From an uncultured Candidatus Altimarinota bacterium (GTDB lineage Bacteria; Patescibacteriota; Gracilibacteria; BD1-5; UBA6164): DNA of 64,000 bases. The DNA lies in assembly GCA_963979005.1 (NCBI GenBank), contig CAXBVF010000001.1, positions 177 to 64,176 of the forward strand. Reading direction: 5' to 3'. The notes below the pieces were generated by a model. That model searched no databases, was not told the origin of the DNA, and was given only the letters and a program-made list of their open reading frames with translations. Shown in pieces: positions 61,690 through 64,000 of this stretch. The translations under genes were made by a program, and so were the position numbers. The first letter of the stretch is position 1, and each line of letters opens with the position of its first letter.

Positions 61690-62388
61690 TTATTTTTCTT
61701 CATCAGTATTCATATCTATTCTAATTGAAGGTCACATTGCATTACAGATAAATACAGAATTTATATATTTACCTTTAGATCATGCAGGTTTTACTTCGTT
61801 AATAGTTTTTAAGAAGTGTTCTAAATTAGCTTCTAATTTTTCAGCTCCGAATGAAAGTTTACCAAAAAATGAATGAACATTACCTTGTTTATCAGTTTTG
61901 AATTCAAATTTTCAAGCAGAAATTTCTTTTATAGCAGATACTAAATCAGGAGTAACTGTTCCAGCTTTAGGGTTAGGCATTAAACCTTTTGGTCCTAAAA
62001 CTCTAGCTATTTTACCTAAATGTCTCATCATAGTAGGAGTAGCAACACAAACATCAAAATCTAATCATTGATTACCTTTATCGATATTATCGATTAATTC
62101 TTCTCAACCAGCTATCATTGCTCCAGCAGCTTTAAGTTCATCAGCATTTCCATCTGTAAAAGCACAAACTTTTGAAACTTTACCTGAACCATTTGGTAGA
62201 GAAATAGTAGTTCTGATTATTTGATCAGCATGTTTTGTATCCAAGTTTAAATTTAAATGAATTTCAACCGTAGGATCAAATTTAACTGTATTAGTTTTTT
62301 CTAATAGTTCTACAGCTTCTTTTACTGAATAAGCCATTTCTGAGTTAAGTAACTCAACAGCTTTATTATATTTTTTACCTCTTGCCAT
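61690..62388 (-). CDS. rplA: Ribosomal protein L1
   Basis: 232 aa. [14 protein letters not shown]...[14 protein letters not shown]...LPNGSGK...[27 protein letters not shown] chose the start at the MARGKK methionine rather than the track's upstream start. Confidence 0.9.
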
Positions 62389-62490
62389 TATATAATTTTT
62401 AAAAAATAAAGGTTTTAACGACATAACTTAGTCATGTCTTCCTTAATAGGTGGGCAGATTATATATAAAAAAAAGAAAAAGTAAAATGTT

Positions 62491-62763
62491 TTATTTTTTA
62501 ACTTTTTCAACTGGGTCATATCATCATTTATTCCATGGCATACATCTACTGATTCTAAGTATTCATTTAAAAGAACCTATAATTGCTCATTTTTTTTCTA
62601 TTGATTCAATCATATATTCGCTACAAGTAGGAATATGTTTACAGTAGGGAGTGTTATTTCTTGATTTTGCCCATAGTGAGTGATCAGGGGATAGAATAAG
62701 CTGATAAGTTTTGACTGTTTTTATTAATATGTTTTGAATAATATTATGCTGCTTCTTGCTCAT
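62491..62763 (-). CDS. yidD: Membrane protein insertion efficiency factor YidD
   Basis: 90 aa. [66 protein letters not shown] fits the YidD pattern. Its start overlaps the 3' end of the upstream ORF by 20 nt. Confidence 0.8.
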
Positions 62764-63064
62764 CTTTAGAATTATTAATATTTTTATTTGATAATATTTT
62801 ATTTAATCTAGAAGCATAAGCAATATTAATTTCTATTAAAAGTAAGCTAACTCCCTCTTGACCTTTTTCAATTAAGTACTTAACAGAGTTTGATACTCAT
62901 AATTGAGGAGTATATGACATAGTTTCTTCTCAAAATAATTTTCAATTATTTACTTTATCAGATTTGATTCATACTATTTTATTATATTCATCTATATAAA
63001 ATTCTGCTTTATAAGTTTCTTGAAGGGCACATCAATGTACAATTCAGTCTTGAGTTTGATTCAT
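62744..63064 (-). CDS. Hypothetical protein (106 aa) between rplT and yidD
   Basis: Open with TGA=Gly. I recognise no family. Confidence 0.45.
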
Positions 63065-63114
63065 TTATTAAAATTTTAAGATATAAAAAAATAAGAACTA
63101 GTAAAAACTAATTC

Positions 63115-63459
63115 TTATTTAACAAAATTTATAACATTTGAGAATACAGTAGGATTTGAGATAGCCAAATTTGATAATACTTTTCTGTTTAATACAACTT
63201 TTTTCTTGTATAGAGCATTAATAAATTTTGAGTAAGTCATTCCATTTTCTCTAGCAGCAATATTGATTCTTACTGTCCAAAGTTTTCTAAATTCTCTCTT
63301 TTTTCTTTTTCTACCAATAAAGGCATTAGTACCAGCTTTCATCCAAGCATTTTTTGCTCTAGAGAAAACTCTTGAATTTAATAATCTATAACCTTTAGTG
63401 GCTTTTAGAATATTTTTATGTCTTTTTCTAGTCATTAGACCTCTTTTAACTCTAACCAT
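63115..63459 (-). CDS. rplT: Ribosomal protein L20
   Basis: MVRVKRGLMTRKRHKNILKATKGYRLLNSRVFSRAKNAWMKAG..., 114 aa. Confidence 0.95.
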   Translation of the reverse strand: MVRVKRGLMTRKRHKNILKATKGYRLLNSRVFSRAKNAWMKAGTNAFIGRKRKKREFRKLWTVRINIAARENGMTYSKFINALYKKKVVLNRKVLSNLAISNPTVFSNVINFVK

Positions 63460-63498
63460 TTTTATATTTAGTTTATAATATTAATATTAACAATTTTC

Positions 63499-63693
63499 CT
63501 ATATATGAGGTAGTTGTTGTTTAATTTTTTTTGTTTCACTAGATGAAACCATTAATCCGTATTTATTTCTAGATTTAGCTTTTGAAGATTTATTACTTAA
63601 TAAATGCTTTTTCCAAGCTTTTGCTAGTTTAAATTTACCTTTTCCAGTAACTTTAACTCTTTTCTTTACTCAACTTCTAGTCTTTAAAGTCAT
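63499..63693 (-). CDS. rpmI: Ribosomal protein L35
   Basis: MTLKTRSGVKKRVKVTGKGKFKLAKAWKKHLLSNKSSKAKSRNK..., 64 aa. Confidence 0.9.
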
Positions 63694-63714
63694 AATTTTT
63701 AATTATTATATAAA

Positions 63715-64000
63715 TTATTTAATTGGTTTTAACATAGCGATAAATGTATTTCAATTTTTTCTAACCTGTCATTCTAGTTTATACATTTCTGATAAACTTT
63801 CGACAAAAGTTTCCATTTTGGTACTTGCTAATTCTGCATAATGATTTTCTCTTCATTTTAACATTAAAGTTACCTTTAATGGGTGATGAGCTTCTCAAAA
63901 CTTCATAGCGTGCTTTCTTCTAATTTCTAAATCATGATCTCAGATTTTGAAAGTAATTCTAATTGTTTTTAAGTCTGGAGCTTTTCATTTTTGCTTTTGC
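63715..64000 (-). CDS. infC: Translation initiation factor IF-3, C-terminal part (5' end outside the window)
   Basis: KTIRITFKIGDHDLEIRRKHAMKFGEAHHPLKVTLMLKGRENHYAELASTKMETFVESL is the IF-3 C-terminal domain. It is followed by rpmI-rplT as in the conserved operon. Confidence 0.85.

Noticed and set aside
63115-63459. rplT contains no TGA. Could it belong to the foreign TGA-free class?
   Set aside because: It is AT-rich, uses AGA/AAA-type codons like its neighbours and lacks an SD. It sits in the conserved infC-rpmI-rplT operon and has only 5 Gly, so the absence of TGA is unremarkable.

Overview
This is an AT-rich bacterial chromosomal segment that only reads as a normal, gene-dense genome when TGA is translated as glycine (translation table 25, the SR1/Absconditabacteria-Gracilibacteria code). 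The supplied standard-code ORF track is therefore badly fragmented. Many of its ORFs are antisense shadows of real genes.

I retranslated by hand with TGA=Gly, keeping TAA and TAG as stops, and recovered about 70 contiguous genes:
- a tandem array of TrbC/VirB2-like pilins
- RNase J
- very large repeat-bearing surface proteins: one with LamG plus 7 cadherin-like repeats, one Cys-rich repeat protein, one LPETG protein, and one 1089-aa protein with a peptidoglycan-binding module
- pyrH, rpmH-rnpA-yidC, cmk, trmD, tig, jag and infB
- a fused ribosomal block: infA-rpmJ-rpsM-rpsK-rpsD-rpoA-rplQ-rplM-rpsI-rpsL-rpsG-rpmA
- gyrA, alaS, yvcK, recR, ftsL-like and rsmH
- a type IV pilin fused to a FISUMP domain
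- a suf Fe-S cluster: sufC-B-A-D-S, VKOR, sufU, Rrf2 regulator
- infC-rpmI-rplT-orphan-yidD-rplA on the minus strand

I found no rRNA, tRNA, CRISPR array, transposase or prophage gene.

Most notable observations:
1. The recoding itself.
2. Five ORFs that contain no TGA-Gly codon. They are visibly richer in G+C and carry GGAG Shine-Dalgarno sites. Three have near-consensus TTGACA-N16-TATAAT promoters, and several have GC-rich hairpin terminators. Native genes show none of these signals. Three of the five sit antisense between suf genes.
3. A tightly packed four-gene orphan operon (41983-46662) in which two proteins share a C-terminal domain.
4. A local codon-usage switch at the 3' end of the pilin-FISUMP gene.
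5. A 41-nt intergenic motif present twice.

All coordinates come from manual translation. Stop codons are solid; some start codons are provisional.
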